Shown here: positions 45,032 through 54,602 of the stretch, piece by piece
Layout: every line of letters starts with the position of its first letter
Numbering within the stretch: position 1 is the stretch's first letter
Source of the DNA: Ammonifex sp.
GTDB lineage: Bacteria > Bacillota > Desulfotomaculia > Desulfotomaculales > DYER01
Direction: 5' to 3'
Length of the DNA stretch: 60,375 bases
Assembly (NCBI GenBank): GCA_020725605.1
Contig: DYER01000029.1
Span: 1 to 60,375 of the forward strand
The notes under the pieces: generated by a model
The model's input: the letters and a program-made list of their open reading frames with translations, nothing else
What the model was told of the DNA's origin: nothing
The model's database searches: none
Translations under genes and position numbers: made by a program

Positions 45032-45087
45032 CGGGACCCCACCCGTAAGTAGGCGGACGAGCTTACGGGTGCGGGTCCCGCGGTTTT
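45032..45087 (+). terminator. riboswitch expression-platform intrinsic terminator
   Basis: A stem of about 19 bp pairs CGGGACCCCACCCGTAAGT (45032-45050) with GCTTACGGGTGCGGGTCCCG (45061-45080), with one bulge. CGGTTTT follows. A competing hairpin CTTACGGG/CCCGTAAG lies at 45029-45049. Confidence 0.7.
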
Positions 45088-45233
45088 AAGGGGCCGGCAC
45101 CGGGGGAGGTGAAAGGGGGTCCGGGGACGAAAGTACTAGTGTAAGCGGATTGCGTCCGAGCGGCCGCGGCCGGCGCCAGCGTGAAGGCGGCCCGCCGGGG
45201 CGGCGTGGAACCTTCCATGAAGGAGGACAAACA

Positions 45234-45827
45234 ATGCCGAGTAATATTGGGAAACACCTGAAGGAACGGCGCGGCTTCACCCTCATCGAGCTCATGATGG
45301 TCGTGGCCGTGATCATCATCCTGGCCGCGGTGCTGATACCCAGGATCGGGGCGGCGAGGAAAGAGGTGAAGGTCACCGCGGTGCTGCAGAACGCCAACAT
45401 GGTGCGCGGCATTCTCGAAACGCTCATTGACAAGAGCAACTACCAGAGCTCGGATAATGGTGCGAAGCTGCTGGGTGAGCGGCTCGAGGCGAAGCTCGAT
45501 GCTCTTGACGGCGACAACTCCGATGACGAAACCGACGCCACCAACCCTTACAATCAATCCGATAAGCTCGTAACCGGCACGACCGACAACGGGTGGGAAG
45601 ACTGGAGCGGGACGAGCAATAATGCCGTGGTTGCCATCGACTGGAACACGACGACTAGGGGCGGGGCCCCCAACTGGGCCGACGCTAGGTGGAGTGACCC
45701 TGATTTGGCCGGGTGTGTGATGGTGGCTATCTACCGCACCTCGGGTGATCAGACCTGGGCCGATGTGGTCCCCTACGACAGCGGCGGGACCCCGATGGAG
45801 GAAGCCAAACAGACCGTCAAGCCATAA
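45234..45827 (+). CDS. type IV pilin (major pilin candidate)
   Basis: ATG follows AAGGAGG. The class III signal is KERRG/FTLIELMMVVAVIIILAAVLIP. Confidence 0.9.
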   Translation: MPSNIGKHLKERRGFTLIELMMVVAVIIILAAVLIPRIGAARKEVKVTAVLQNANMVRGILETLIDKSNYQSSDNGAKLLGERLEAKLDALDGDNSDDETDATNPYNQSDKLVTGTTDNGWEDWSGTSNNAVVAIDWNTTTRGGAPNWADARWSDPDLAGCVMVAIYRTSGDQTWADVVPYDSGGTPMEEAKQTVKP

Positions 45828-45855
45828 CAACGCATTTTTTACGTGGGGACCGATA

Positions 45856-47541
45856 ATGCGGGCGGGTAGCACCGGCGCGCGCCCCCGCCTCGGCGAGCTC
45901 CTGGTGAAGGCCGGGGTTCTGAGCCGGGAGCAGCTGGCGGCGGCGCTGGAGAAGCAAAAGCAAACGGGGCTGCGTTTGGGCGAGCTGCTCATCCGGGAGG
46001 GGCTCCTGACGGAGGAGCAGCTCGCCCGGGTGCTGCAGGAGCAGCTCGGTATTAAGGCCGTGGACCTCTCGCGGGCCTACATCGACCCGCGGGCGGTGCG
46101 GCTGGTGCCCGAGGCCCTGGCGCGGCGCCACGGCCTGGTGCCGCTACGGGTCGAGGACGGGCACCTGGTGGTGGCCATGCGCGACCCCCTGGACTACTTC
46201 GCCCTGGAGGACGTGCGGCTGGTGGCCCGCATGCCCGTGCGGCCGGTCATCGCCACCGGCAGCGCGGTGCAGGAGGCCCTGGGCCGGGCCTACGGCGGCG
46301 AGGCCGTGCGCCGGGCCCTGCCCGCGGCCCCGGCGGTGCCCCGGGAGGCGGCGGCCGAGGTGGCGGCCGCGGCCGACGTGGAGTCCGCGCCCGTGGTGCG
46401 CTTCGTCCGGACCCTGCTGGAGAACGCCGTGCGGGCCGGGGCCAGCGACGTGCACCTGGAGCCCGACGAGGACGGCGTGCGGGTGCGCTGGCGGGTGGAC
46501 GGTTTCCTGCGGGAGGCCCTCACCGTGCCGCCCGAGACCTACCCCTCGGTGGTGGCCCGCCTGAAGATCATGGCCAATTTGAACATCGCCGAGCACCGGG
46601 TGCCCCAGGACGGGCGCACGGCCGTACAGGTGGACGGCCGCGAGGTGGACGTGCGGGTCTCGGTCATGCCCGTGGTGCACGGGGAGAAGGTGGCCCTGAG
46701 GCTGCTGGACCGGTCCGGGCTCTTGCTGGACAAGCGCCGGCTCGGGCTCTCTCCCGCCAACCTCGCCCGCTTCGACGACCTGCTGCGGCGGCCCCACGGC
46801 ATTATCCTGGTCACCGGGCCCACCGGTAGCGGCAAGACCACCACGCTGTACGCCATGCTGCAGGAGTTGAACGACGCGAGCAAGAACATCGTCACGCTGG
46901 AGGACCCGGTGGAGTACCGCCTGAAGGGCATCAACCAGACCCAGGTGCACCCGCGGGCCGGGCTCACCTTCGCCGCGGGCCTGCGGGCCATTCTGCGCCA
47001 GGACCCGGACATCATCATGGTTGGCGAGATCCGGGACCTGGAGACGGCCGAGGTCGCGGTGCGCGCGGCCCTCACCGGGCACCTGGTGCTCTCCACCCTC
47101 CACACCAACGACGCGCCCTCGGTGGTTACCCGCCTGGCCGACATGGGCATTCCCCACTTCCTCATCGCGGCCTCCCTGGCGGGCTGCATTGCCCAGCGTC
47201 TGGTGCGAAAGGTGTGCCCGGAGTGCGCGGAGACCTACGAGGCCACCCTGCAGGAGAAGGAGATCCTGGGGGTCGAACGGTCCGACACGCCGGTGCTGCG
47301 CCGCGGCCGGGGCTGCCCCTGGTGCCTGAACACCGGATACCGGGGCCGCACGGGCATTTTCGAGATCCTGACGGTCACCGAGGCGGTGCGCCAAGCCATC
47401 GACCGCAAGGTTACCGCGGACGACCTCAGGGCGCTGGCGGGGCGCGAGGGCACGGTGGACCTTTTCGCCGACGGCCGGGAGAAGGTGCTGGCGGGCGAGA
47501 CCACCCTGGCCGAGCTGCTGCGGGTGACCCGCGGGCAGTAG
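45856..47541 (+). CDS. pilB: type IV pilus assembly ATPase PilB (GspE family) with an N-terminal MshEN-type domain
   Basis: Walker A is GPTGSGKTT. The Asp/His boxes and the tetracysteine CPEC...CPWC are present. The N-terminus has tandem RLGELLxxxGxLxxxQLxxxLxxQ motifs. Confidence 0.9.
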   Translation: MRAGSTGARPRLGELLVKAGVLSREQLAAALEKQKQTGLRLGELLIREGLLTEEQLARVLQEQLGIKAVDLSRAYIDPRAVRLVPEALARRHGLVPLRVEDGHLVVAMRDPLDYFALEDVRLVARMPVRPVIATGSAVQEALGRAYGGEAVRRALPAAPAVPREAAAEVAAAADVESAPVVRFVRTLLENAVRAGASDVHLEPDEDGVRVRWRVDGFLREALTVPPETYPSVVARLKIMANLNIAEHRVPQDGRTAVQVDGREVDVRVSVMPVVHGEKVALRLLDRSGLLLDKRRLGLSPANLARFDDLLRRPHGIILVTGPTGSGKTTTLYAMLQELNDASKNIVTLEDPVEYRLKGINQTQVHPRAGLTFAAGLRAILRQDPDIIMVGEIRDLETAEVAVRAALTGHLVLSTLHTNDAPSVVTRLADMGIPHFLIAASLAGCIAQRLVRKVCPECAETYEATLQEKEILGVERSDTPVLRRGRGCPWCLNTGYRGRTGIFEILTVTEAVRQAIDRKVTADDLRALAGREGTVDLFADGREKVLAGETTLAELLRVTRGQ

Positions 47542-47694
47542 CCGTTGGCCGGCGGGCCACCGCCGGTCGGGGGCCGGAGCCGGATACCCCGCCGGGAAAA
47601 GGGGAGCGACAGACCCGGCCCGTGCCGGGGGTGAATGCCGGCACCTGCCTTGCGGGTGGCACCGGTGGTGTGAGAGTTTCGGGGGGGTTGCAGC

Positions 47695-48906
47695 GTGGAG
47701 TTCGCCTACCGGGCCGCGGACCCGAACGGCAAAACCGCAACGGGCGTACTGGAGGCCGCCGACGCCGCGGAGGCGCGGCGTATCTTACGCAACCGCGGCC
47801 TGCTGGTGCTGGAGCTGAGGCCCCGCCGCCCCTCCTGGCGTGAGGCTCTGGAGCGGCTCCTGTGGCGCGTGCCCGTGCCCCAGGTGGCCCTGTTCTGCCA
47901 GCAGCTGGCCTTCGCCCTGCGGGCCGGGCTGGACCTGCTGCGGGCCCTGGACGTGGTGCGGCGGCAGGCCCCCGGCCGGGCCGTGCGCCGCGAGGCCACG
48001 CGCCTCTGGCAGGAGGTGCAAAAGGGGCGTCCCCTCTCCCAGGCCATGGCGGACCGGGCCGGCACTATGCCGCCTCTGCTGGCCCAGATGCTGGCCGCGG
48101 GCGAGGCCGCCGGCAACCTGGACGAGACCCTGGCCCGCATGGCCGCGTACTACCGCCGGGAGGCGCACCTGAAGCAACGCCTGCGCAGCGCCCTGGCTTA
48201 CCCCGCCCTGCTCTTCACCGTGGCCGCGGGACTGGTTTTCTTCTTTCTCAATTTCCTCCTGCCCGAACTGCTCAAGGTTTTCGCCGAAACCGGCGCCCGG
48301 CTACCGCCCCTCACCCGGGGGCTGGTGGCCGTGGCCGGGCACGCACGCGTGTGGGTGCCCGCGGGCCTTGCCGCCCTGGCCGGCCTCGTCTTCCTTTTCG
48401 GCCCCGGGGCGTGCGGCCGGGTTCGGGCACTCCGCGACCGGACCGTGGTCCGCCTTCCCCTGGTGGGCCGGGTGGTGAGGGATGCCGTCCACGCCCGCTT
48501 CGCCCGCGGACTGGCGCTGCTGTTGCGCAGCGGCATGCCCCTGGTGCGGGCCCTGGAGCTGCTGGCCCAGACCGCGGGCCACACCCGGGCCGAGGCCGCG
48601 GCCCTGGCCGCGGCACGGGAGGTGCGGCGGGGCGGCCGCATCTCCTCGGTCGTTGCTGGCGAGGCCTTCTTCGACCCGGTGGTGGGCCAGATGACCGCCG
48701 TGGGCGAAGAAATCGGCGAACTGGAAAGGCTGCTGGAGGAACTGGCGGACTACTACGAGCAGCAGGTGGAGGCGGGTTTCGCGCGGCTGGTGGCCCTCAC
48801 CGAGCCCCTGGTCACCGTGGTGGTGGCCGCCGTGGTGGGTCTGCTGGTGATCTCGGTGCTCACGCCCATGTTCGACATGATCAAGCAGGTCCGGCACCTG
48901 CGCTGA
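47695..48906 (+). CDS. pilC: type IV pilus platform protein PilC (GspF family)
   Basis: There are two GspF repeats (FCQQLAFALRAGLDLLRAL; FARGLALLLRSGMPLVRAL). GTG start follows GGGGGG. Confidence 0.9.
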   Translation: MEFAYRAADPNGKTATGVLEAADAAEARRILRNRGLLVLELRPRRPSWREALERLLWRVPVPQVALFCQQLAFALRAGLDLLRALDVVRRQAPGRAVRREATRLWQEVQKGRPLSQAMADRAGTMPPLLAQMLAAGEAAGNLDETLARMAAYYRREAHLKQRLRSALAYPALLFTVAAGLVFFFLNFLLPELLKVFAETGARLPPLTRGLVAVAGHARVWVPAGLAALAGLVFLFGPGACGRVRALRDRTVVRLPLVGRVVRDAVHARFARGLALLLRSGMPLVRALELLAQTAGHTRAEAAALAAAREVRRGGRISSVVAGEAFFDPVVGQMTAVGEEIGELERLLEELADYYEQQVEAGFARLVALTEPLVTVVVAAVVGLLVISVLTPMFDMIKQVRHLR

Positions 48907-49147
48907 AGGCCACCCCGCGCCGGGTACCGCCGCCTGCGGGCCGGCGGTGCGCAAGGTTGGTGCCGGGCGCGGGACCGGAAAGAGGGGGTCCGGGATGAGC
49001 CACGACACCGGGCGAGAGGGCGGCGGAGCCCGGTTCCGCCCGCCGAAATGGACCCTGCCTTTCGCGGCCGACTCCGGTTGCGGCCGGGCTCCCGGGCGCG
49101 GGGGATCGGAGCCGCGCCGGCCGGCCGCTTCCAGACATCGCAAGGCG

Positions 49148-49660
49148 GTGACGGGGCGCCCGGGACGCGCGGCCACGGGCTTCACCCTGGTGGAGGTGAT
49201 GGCCGCGGTGGCCATCGTCGCGGTGCTGATGGCGGCCGCCCTCCCGCTCTACCACGTGCTGGCGGCCGAGTACCGCCTGGCCGGCGCCGCGGCGGACCTG
49301 GCCGCGGAGCTGGAGTACGCCCGGCGCCTGGCCCTCGAGCAGCGTGGCCACACGGGCGGGGGCGGCGGGCGGTACTTCGGCGTAACGGTGCTGCCGGACC
49401 GCTTCCTGCTGCGCCCGTACGACGGCACCACGCCCCTCGACCCGCCACTGCGCGAGACTCCCTTCCCACCGGGCGTCGAGGCCGCGGCCTTTAACGGCCT
49501 GACGCTGCCGGAGAACGGGGCTACGGTACGTTTCGACGCCCGCGGTTTGCCCCGCGACGAGACCGGCCGGGTAAGCGGCGGCACCTTCGGACTGCGCGAC
49601 GCCCGGGGGCGCACCACCACCGTGACCGTTTCGGCGGCCGGCCGGGTGGCGTCGGAGTGA
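49148..49660 (+). CDS. GspH/FimT-like minor pilin
   Basis: The prepilin signal is G/FTLVEVMAAVAIVAVLMAAALP. The start is uncertain: GTG 49148 gives a 10-aa leader, while the track ORF opens at 48947. Confidence 0.75.
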   Translation: MTGRPGRAATGFTLVEVMAAVAIVAVLMAAALPLYHVLAAEYRLAGAAADLAAELEYARRLALEQRGHTGGGGGRYFGVTVLPDRFLLRPYDGTTPLDPPLRETPFPPGVEAAAFNGLTLPENGATVRFDARGLPRDETGRVSGGTFGLRDARGRTTTVTVSAAGRVASE

Positions 49661-50085
49661 CGGGCCGAACGGAGGCCGGAGGCGCGCCGCGCCCCGGAAA
49701 GCCGACGCCGGCTGGTCGCGGGCCCGGGTACGGGCCACGGCCCCCCGACCTTCGGCCGCCACGTCCTGCGGACCGCCGCCGGGTCGGACCGCAGCCGCGG
49801 GCTACCCTCCGGCCGGGCCCTTACCGCCGCTGCGGCACCGCGCGGTGACCCGGCCGGCACGGGGACATGACGCCGACCCGCCGCAGAACGCCTGCGCGGG
49901 GCCACGCAAACCCGGACGCGCGCCCGCCACGGGGGCGGACCCTGGGCCGGTGGCAAACACCGGTGCCGCGCCGCCGGCACCGCAAAGACCTGACCACCGC
50001 ACCCCCGAACCCGCGTTGGGCTCCCCCGCGGGGGGCGGTGACCCGCACCGCAGGCGCGGCCGGACGACGGGAGGACGAGACCCCC

Positions 50086-50586
50086 ATGGCAGCGTCAGGA
50101 CCACCCGCAAGGGGTGTACGGCCCCAGGAGCCGCCGGGCAGACCTACCCGCGGTTCACAGGCCGCGGCATCCGGGCGCGCCCCGGTCCACCCGCGGCCGG
50201 CCGGCAGCTCCGGCGTCACGCTCCTGGAAGTGCTGGTGGCCGCGGGCCTGCTGGGACTGCTGCTGGGATACACGGCCTTCGCCTGGGGCCACCAGGCCCG
50301 CCTGGCCCGCGGGGCCCGCGAGGAGACGCGCATGGCCCTGGTGGCCCAGGCCCAGATGGAGATACAGCAGGCGAACCCCATCCGCCCCGGGGACCCGCCC
50401 TTCTCGTTCACCATACCCGAAGGCGTGGACCAGCTGGAGTACACCGGTACCTACGGCAGCGCGGAGCTACCGGGCACCGGATACTACTGGACCGTCACCG
50501 TGGTGGTGGACCCCCGCCTGCCCGGGCGGGAAAGCTTTCCCCTGGCGGCTTACGTGCTGAATCCGGAACAATGGGACCTGAGGTAA
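50086..50586 (+). CDS. prepilin-type minor pilin (PilV-like)
   Basis: ATG follows GGGAGGA. The signal G/VTLLEVLVAAGLLGLLLG comes after an unusually long, roughly 45-aa leader. Confidence 0.7.
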   Translation: MAASGPPARGVRPQEPPGRPTRGSQAAASGRAPVHPRPAGSSGVTLLEVLVAAGLLGLLLGYTAFAWGHQARLARGAREETRMALVAQAQMEIQQANPIRPGDPPFSFTIPEGVDQLEYTGTYGSAELPGTGYYWTVTVVVDPRLPGRESFPLAAYVLNPEQWDLR

Positions 50587-50702
50587 AAGGGCAGAGCGCG
50601 CCGAACCGAGGTGCGATACCCGCGGCCCCCGGAGCCGGGACCCGAGAAAAAATCCCCGCGTACCGGCCCCGGGGTACCGGGCCTTCCGCAACAGAGGGTT
50701 GC

Positions 50703-51350
50703 GTGTTCGGTGGTACGCGCCGGGCCGGGCGGGCCACCGGTCCCCGGAGGGACCCTGTGCACCGTCGGATTACGCCTTGGGGTGGCACCCCGGCACGCAC
50801 CGAGGTCCGGACGGCGGCCTTCACCCTACTGGAAGTACTCCTGGCCACCGCCCTTCTGGCCCTGCTCCTAGGCTACGTGGGCTCGGCCCTTTCCGGGCAG
50901 GCGCGGGAGCTGCGCCGGGGCCGGGCCGACGTCGAGGCCGTGGCCAGTGCCCGGCTGGCCACTTCCCTGGTCGTGGAGGCGGCGCGGCGGTACGATCAGC
51001 TGGAGGTGGCCGCGGACGGGCGGCGCCTTAGCGGCGGGCCCGAACGCGCCGGCGGGGGAGACGGCGCCGGACAGTGGGAACTCATCCTGAGCCTGGAGGA
51101 CCGGCGGCCGGACCGGGGACAGGGAGAGGCCCTCACACGGGACACCTTCTGGTACAACCGGGCCGCAGGCGTCCTGGAGCGCTACACCGGCGGCGCGTGG
51201 GACGCCGCGGTCGCGGGGCTGGCCGACGTGACACTGCGCAGGAAACAGGCGGGCAACGTAAAGTGGGTCGAACTGACGGTCACGGCCGAGCCGCCCGGCG
51301 CCACCGGCCCCTATACGGTGAGCACGTGGCTGCGGCTGGAGCGACCGTAG
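50703..51350 (+). CDS. prepilin-type minor pilin (PilW-like)
   Basis: AFTLLEVLLATALLALLLG, with Ala rather than Gly at position -1. The start is uncertain (GTG 50703 or 50757). Confidence 0.65.
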   Translation: MFGGTRRAGRATGPRRDPVHRRITPWGGTPARTEVRTAAFTLLEVLLATALLALLLGYVGSALSGQARELRRGRADVEAVASARLATSLVVEAARRYDQLEVAADGRRLSGGPERAGGGDGAGQWELILSLEDRRPDRGQGEALTRDTFWYNRAAGVLERYTGGAWDAAVAGLADVTLRRKQAGNVKWVELTVTAEPPGATGPYTVSTWLRLERP

Positions 51351-51499
51351 CAAAAACCCCGGGCGTGCCGTCGCCGGCACGCAAGAAAGGGCTGCCGCCG
51401 CCGGGGCCGCATTTTCACGCCCCGGCGACCGCGCGGGGAGTATCGGCCTGGCCGGAACGGTACCACGCCAAACGATGGCAGTACGGGAGACGCCTGGTC

Positions 51500-52198
51500 G
51501 TGGATAGGTCGGGTGTGGTGCAAACCGAGGAGCGGCGGCGCGGCCGCTTTGCGAGGGCCGAACGCGAGGGAGGTTCGGCCCTGCTGGCGGTGCTGGTGCT
51601 GGGCCTGGTGCTTTCCCTCATGGCCGGCCTGGGCCTGCACCTCGTGGTCTCCGAGATCCGCCTGAACCGCGCCTTCTGCGACGGCGTGCGGGCCTACTAC
51701 CTGGCCGAGTCCGGCCTGGTGTACGGGCTGGCGCAGGCACGCGCACGGCTGGAACAGGGGCAAGAGCCCCCTTTCCAGTTGGAGGGGAGCGTCGACAACC
51801 CCTTTCCGATCTATGACGCGCCGCACGGCTTCAGGTATACTGCCGTGGTTGAGGAGGCCAAGGCCAGGACCCAGGAGGAAGGCGGCCGGGGGCCGGCGGA
51901 ACCGCCGGCTCAGCCTCCCGGTCAGGAAAAGAAGTCCACAGGCGAACCGGGGGGCGACCAGGAGGGCAGCGGGCCGGCACCGGAGGCCGCCGGGGGAACC
52001 GGAGACGGTGGAGGGTCGGATTCGAAAGAGAAGGAGAAGAAGTGCCGCCTGCTCCTCACGGCCCACGGGTGGTACGGGCCAGAGGACGATCCCGCCGCCA
52101 CGCGGTGCATGGAAGCGCGGGTGACGGTGACCGCGAAGCGGGACGGAAAGTACCACTGGAATGTGGAGTACTGGCGCCAGATGGCGCCCGAAGCGTAG
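51500..52198 (+). CDS. PilX-like pilus assembly protein
   Basis: A PilX_N-type segment GSALLAVLVLGLVLSLMAGLGLHLVVSEIRLNR is followed by a low-complexity G/E/P-rich linker. The start is uncertain (GTG 51500/51515/51518). Confidence 0.65.
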   Translation: MDRSGVVQTEERRRGRFARAEREGGSALLAVLVLGLVLSLMAGLGLHLVVSEIRLNRAFCDGVRAYYLAESGLVYGLAQARARLEQGQEPPFQLEGSVDNPFPIYDAPHGFRYTAVVEEAKARTQEEGGRGPAEPPAQPPGQEKKSTGEPGGDQEGSGPAPEAAGGTGDGGGSDSKEKEKKCRLLLTAHGWYGPEDDPAATRCMEARVTVTAKRDGKYHWNVEYWRQMAPEA

Positions 52199-52453
52199 GG
52201 CGCCGTCCGGTCCCCGAACACGTTGCCGCGAAGCGCCTCGCTACGGGCGCGCCCGAGCCGTGGGGCTCCCGGAACTGCGAGTCGCGGGGGGACGCGGTGC
52301 GTGAATCGCGGACCGCTCACGGTGGCACGGCCGGCATGCCCGCGTACGACCGTACAGCCCGGGTCCTCGGCCCGGCCCCACAAGGGCGCGTGCCGCTACC
52401 GCGCATATCCGCGCCCGCCGGATTATACGACCGCGCGGTAGGCCATTCTCCTG

Positions 52454-52483
52454 TAGACTTACACCCGATGTCACATTTATAAT
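52454..52483 (+). promoter_or_regulatory. sigma-70-type promoter upstream of pilMNO
   Basis: TAGACT-N18-TATAAT (perfect -10) lies in the only AT-rich patch of the 52.2-52.5 kb gap. Confidence 0.5.
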
Positions 52484-52494
52484 AATCGTAATAC

Positions 52495-53430
52495 GTGACA
52501 GAGGAGGTTGTGGCCCCCCTGTTCAGGTCCCGCCTAACCCTCAACGTGCGCCGGGAGTCCCTGGCCCTGCTGGCCGGCCGGCCGAGCCGCCGCCGGCCCC
52601 GCATCCTGGGGGCGGCGCTGGTGCCCCTTTCCCCTTCCCTGCTGGCCGAAGGGGTGCCCCTGCGGGAATCCGAGGTGGCCACGGCCCTGGCGCCGGTGCT
52701 CCGGGAGCGTAAATGGTTTGGGATGCCGGTACGCCTGGCCCTCTCGGCCGGGCAGGTGCTGACCCGGGTGGTGGCCCTGCCGCGCGTGGGCCGCCGCGCG
52801 GCGCACCGGGCGCTGCTGGAGGAGGCCGAGCAACTGCTCCCCATTTCCCTGGCCGACTACTACGTGGACTACCGTCCCCTGGCCCGCCGGCCTGCTGCGG
52901 ATGGCACCGAATCCTTCCTGATGGCCGGGGTGCCGAAGGCTCAGGTGGAGGGCTGGGCCGCGGTACTGGGGGACCTGGGGCTGACCGTGGAATGCGTGGA
53001 CGTACACCCCAACTGCGCGGTGCGGCTGCTGCGGGAATTGCGGCCGCGCGACGCGGCCCTGGTGGACGCCGGGCCCGGTGGGGTGCACGTGACCCTGGTG
53101 GGCGACGGCCTCTTTTTCCTGCACGCGGACCACCCGGGCTGGCCGCCGGAAGCGGAAGGTACGGCGGCGCTGGGGCTGACCTGGGAAACGCTGCGGCCCC
53201 ACCTGGAGTTCTTCGCGGCCCGCCACTTCGGCCGCACGGTGGAGGCCGTTTTCGTTACCGGAGAACTGGCGGCGCGGCCGGGCCTGTGCGCACGGCTGGA
53301 GCGCTTGGCCGGCCTGCCCGTGTGGGTCTTCTCCGCGCACGGTTCCTGGGGCTGGAGCGCCCGCCTGCCCCCGGGGTTCGACGCCAACCCCGGGGCCTGG
53401 GCCGTAAACCTGGCGCTCCTGCTGCGTTGA
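52495..53430 (+). CDS. pilM: type IV pilus assembly protein PilM
   Basis: The actin-like fold pattern is present (ALVDAGPGGVHVTLV..., FVTGELA). The start is GTG 52495, or GTG 52510 after GAGGAGG. Confidence 0.8.
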   Translation: MTEEVVAPLFRSRLTLNVRRESLALLAGRPSRRRPRILGAALVPLSPSLLAEGVPLRESEVATALAPVLRERKWFGMPVRLALSAGQVLTRVVALPRVGRRAAHRALLEEAEQLLPISLADYYVDYRPLARRPAADGTESFLMAGVPKAQVEGWAAVLGDLGLTVECVDVHPNCAVRLLRELRPRDAALVDAGPGGVHVTLVGDGLFFLHADHPGWPPEAEGTAALGLTWETLRPHLEFFAARHFGRTVEAVFVTGELAARPGLCARLERLAGLPVWVFSAHGSWGWSARLPPGFDANPGAWAVNLALLLR

Positions 53431-53442
53431 GGGGGACGTGTC

Positions 53443-53997
53443 ATGGCCAGGGAGCTGAACTTTCTTCCCGCCTCGGTAAGGCACCGGCGGGCCCGCCGCC
53501 GCAAGGCCCTGCTGGTGGCCACCGCAACCGCAGCCTTCCTGACCCTGGCCGCGGCCGGGGTGCTGGTGCCGGCGGCCCTGGCCAGGCACTACCGGGCCGA
53601 GGCCGCGGCCGTGCGGGAGCGCAACGCAGCCCTGGCGCCCCGGCTGGCCCTACAGCAGGAGGTAGCGGGCCTGGAGGGGCACTATCGAGAGTTGCAGGAC
53701 CGGCTCGCCCGGATCGAGGCCGCCCGCCGCACGGTCACGCCGGTGCTGGCCCGCCTGGCCGGCAACCTGCCGCCCGGCGTTTACCTGACCTCCCTGGAGG
53801 TCAGGCCCGGGGGCCAGGTACGGCTGGCGGCGGTGGTACACGGTCCGGACCAAACCGTGGACCTGGTGCGATCCTTGCGCAACAGCGGGCTCTTCGAATC
53901 CGTGGAGGTCACGGACATTCCCCTGGAGGGGGAGCCCCGCACCATCACCCTGGCGCTAAGCTTGCGGGCCGGGGAAGGTCGGGAGGGGCACCCGTGA
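53443..53997 (+). CDS. pilN: type IV pilus assembly protein PilN
   Basis: The N-terminal LNFLP motif is followed by a TM helix and a coiled coil. Confidence 0.85.
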   Translation: MARELNFLPASVRHRRARRRKALLVATATAAFLTLAAAGVLVPAALARHYRAEAAAVRERNAALAPRLALQQEVAGLEGHYRELQDRLARIEAARRTVTPVLARLAGNLPPGVYLTSLEVRPGGQVRLAAVVHGPDQTVDLVRSLRNSGLFESVEVTDIPLEGEPRTITLALSLRAGEGREGHP

Positions 53998-54602
53998 GAA
54001 GGCTCACTCCCCGGAAGGCCCGGCTCCTGGCGCTGCTCCTGGCCACGCTGATCCTTGCCCTCTACGGCCGCTACCTGGTCCTACCCGCGTACCGGGACCT
54101 GACCGCAGCGCGCCAGGACTACCTGGCGGCCCGGGCGGAGTACGCGGCTGTGCGGGCGCGCCTCACCGCCACGCCCGAAGAACTCGCCGCACGGCGCGAC
54201 GAACTGCGGCGCCTGATACCGGCCCTGGAGGGCACCCTGCCCCGCGAGCTGGACAGCACGCGGCTGGCCCCGGAACTCCTGGCCCTGGCACGGATCCAGC
54301 GGGTGCAGGTGCGGGCCCTGAAGTTCGGCCCCGTGACCGAGCGTTCGCCCCTGGTGGTGCGCAACGCGACCCTGGAGGTGGCGGGTGGGCCGGACGACGT
54401 GTACGCCTTCCTGAAGGCCCTGGAAGGTTACTCCCGACCCTTGAGCCTGGCCGGAGTTTCCCTGAGCGCCGCGCAGGACGGCCTGACGGCCCACATCGAA
54501 GTGGAGTTCCTCGCCTTTCCCGGCCGTCCGAGCAACTCGGCCACCGGACCGCCCCTGCCGCCCAGCCGCACGCCCCTGCGCGTAATAAGGCCCCCGGAGT
54601 AG
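53994..54602 (+). CDS. pilO: type IV pilus assembly protein PilO-like
   Basis: The GTG start overlaps the pilN stop (GTGA). A TM helix is followed by a coiled coil and an alpha/beta domain. Confidence 0.75.
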   Translation: MRRLTPRKARLLALLLATLILALYGRYLVLPAYRDLTAARQDYLAARAEYAAVRARLTATPEELAARRDELRRLIPALEGTLPRELDSTRLAPELLALARIQRVQVRALKFGPVTERSPLVVRNATLEVAGGPDDVYAFLKALEGYSRPLSLAGVSLSAAQDGLTAHIEVEFLAFPGRPSNSATGPPLPPSRTPLRVIRPPE

